A stretch of 63,552 bases of DNA, counting the filler, from Octopus bimaculoides (Eukaryota), in assembly GCF_001194135.2 (NCBI RefSeq). It is 6 parts of 6 records of this genome, joined end to end, with 100 filler letters (N's around TTAATTAATTAA, not from the genome) between each part and the next. Parts side by side here need not be neighbours in the genome. Positions count along the whole stretch, not along the records: positions 60,944 to 63,552 come from NC_068999.1; 5 more parts are not named here. One strand, written 5' to 3'. Both the position numbers and the translations under genes were made by a program. Positions 62,561 to 63,552 of this stretch are shown one piece after another. Under the pieces are notes generated by a model. The model had not been told where the DNA came from. It did no database searches and saw nothing but the letters and a program-made list of their open reading frames with translations. The stretch's first letter is position 1. Every line of letters begins with the position of its first letter.

Positions 62561-63552
62561 CCTTTCTGAGGCCAAGAAATCTTTTTCTGATCTTAAACGG
62601 GAAGGAGTTTATGACGATTAACACAACTGATAAGCAATTTGATGTACTCAAGAAACTTGTTCATAAAAACATAGAACGAACAAAAAATGTCAGTTCGATA
62701 CATGAACATTCAACCTTCTTCTCCGCCACTAAATATCTAATTGAGTACACGTTAGGCAACGTCACAAACGAAAAATTTGTGTACCTGCTGCTCCGCAGGT
62801 GCATACAGTTTAAAGGCATTTCAGGATGGTATATACAGAAACCACTTAAAATAATTGAGGTCTGTTTTGTTTTGTCTGGCTTATTCAAATTTTCAAGGCG
62901 ATTTGAGTGTCAGTATGTTGACCGGTCATATCAATATATTAATCGACAGAGACAGATAGACAGACAGAGAAGAATATTCGTTGGAATGAATATGAATGAT
63001 ATATATGTTAGATAAAATGTTTGACCAGATTTTCGATTTTGTAAATGATTGCATAACTCTTATCTTTCAACAAACTTGTGGTAAATGTCAGACAGGTAAT
63101 GACATGCTATTTTAATCCCGAGCGTAAAAATATTATTAACAAACATATCTTTGTATTGTATTAAATATTTCTGAAATCAAATTCTGAAAGTAACGACAAA
63201 ACCCGTCTTGTAACTCAAGCAAACAATTGCTAATAATAAAGTATGATTAGATAGCTATTCTGTCGGAATTATGATGGATTTACACATAAAATATAGCCAG
63301 TCGTTCACACACTCTACACTCTGTTACAGATATTATACATCGAGTAATTTTCTAATAGATGAACTAATTATATAAACAGCAATGAATTAAATAAACACCA
63401 GTGCAATAAATCAGATTAAAGAGTTGATTCACTTTCTCCCTTTGTGCCTTTAATTCAGCAATTATTTCAGCCTTTCTCACGTATTATATGTGTTTGTGTA
63501 CATACGCTCACTCACAAATAAGCACACCCATATACAAAACAAAGGCATATAT

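Noticed and set aside
62611-63015. 134-aa plus-strand ORF
   Set aside because: No recognisable motif; it adjoins the decayed Tc1/mariner remnant on the opposite strand and ends in a GACA repeat.

Overview
This is AT-rich eukaryotic draft-genome sequence with many N-gaps, five of them carrying an artificial TTAATTAATTAA spacer. The SINE families and the very high microsatellite load resemble a coleoid cephalopod, probably Octopus; this comes from recalled repeat families, not a search. No host protein-coding gene can be identified with confidence, and nearly all long ORFs in the track are microsatellite or N-gap artefacts. The only recognisable coding remnants are transposon-derived: four R4/Dong-like non-LTR fragments (RT and/or restriction-like endonuclease), a Penelope-like element (RT C-terminus plus GIY-YIG), and four Tc1/mariner fragments. 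There is also a clean hAT MITE with an 8-bp TSD and more than 25 tRNA-derived SINE copies from at least three families. The most interesting structures are: (1) four short elements with minimal hammerhead-ribozyme motifs, one intact and two sharing a non-canonical core; (2) two long near-perfect hairpins; (3) a 180-bp perfect local duplication set in a microsatellite; (4) stacked retroelement 3' ends in (TAA)n; (5) inverted-repeat pairs that could form dsRNA. Several exon-like and promoter-like signals are listed at low confidence. Most repeat boundaries are approximate (about +/-20 bp).
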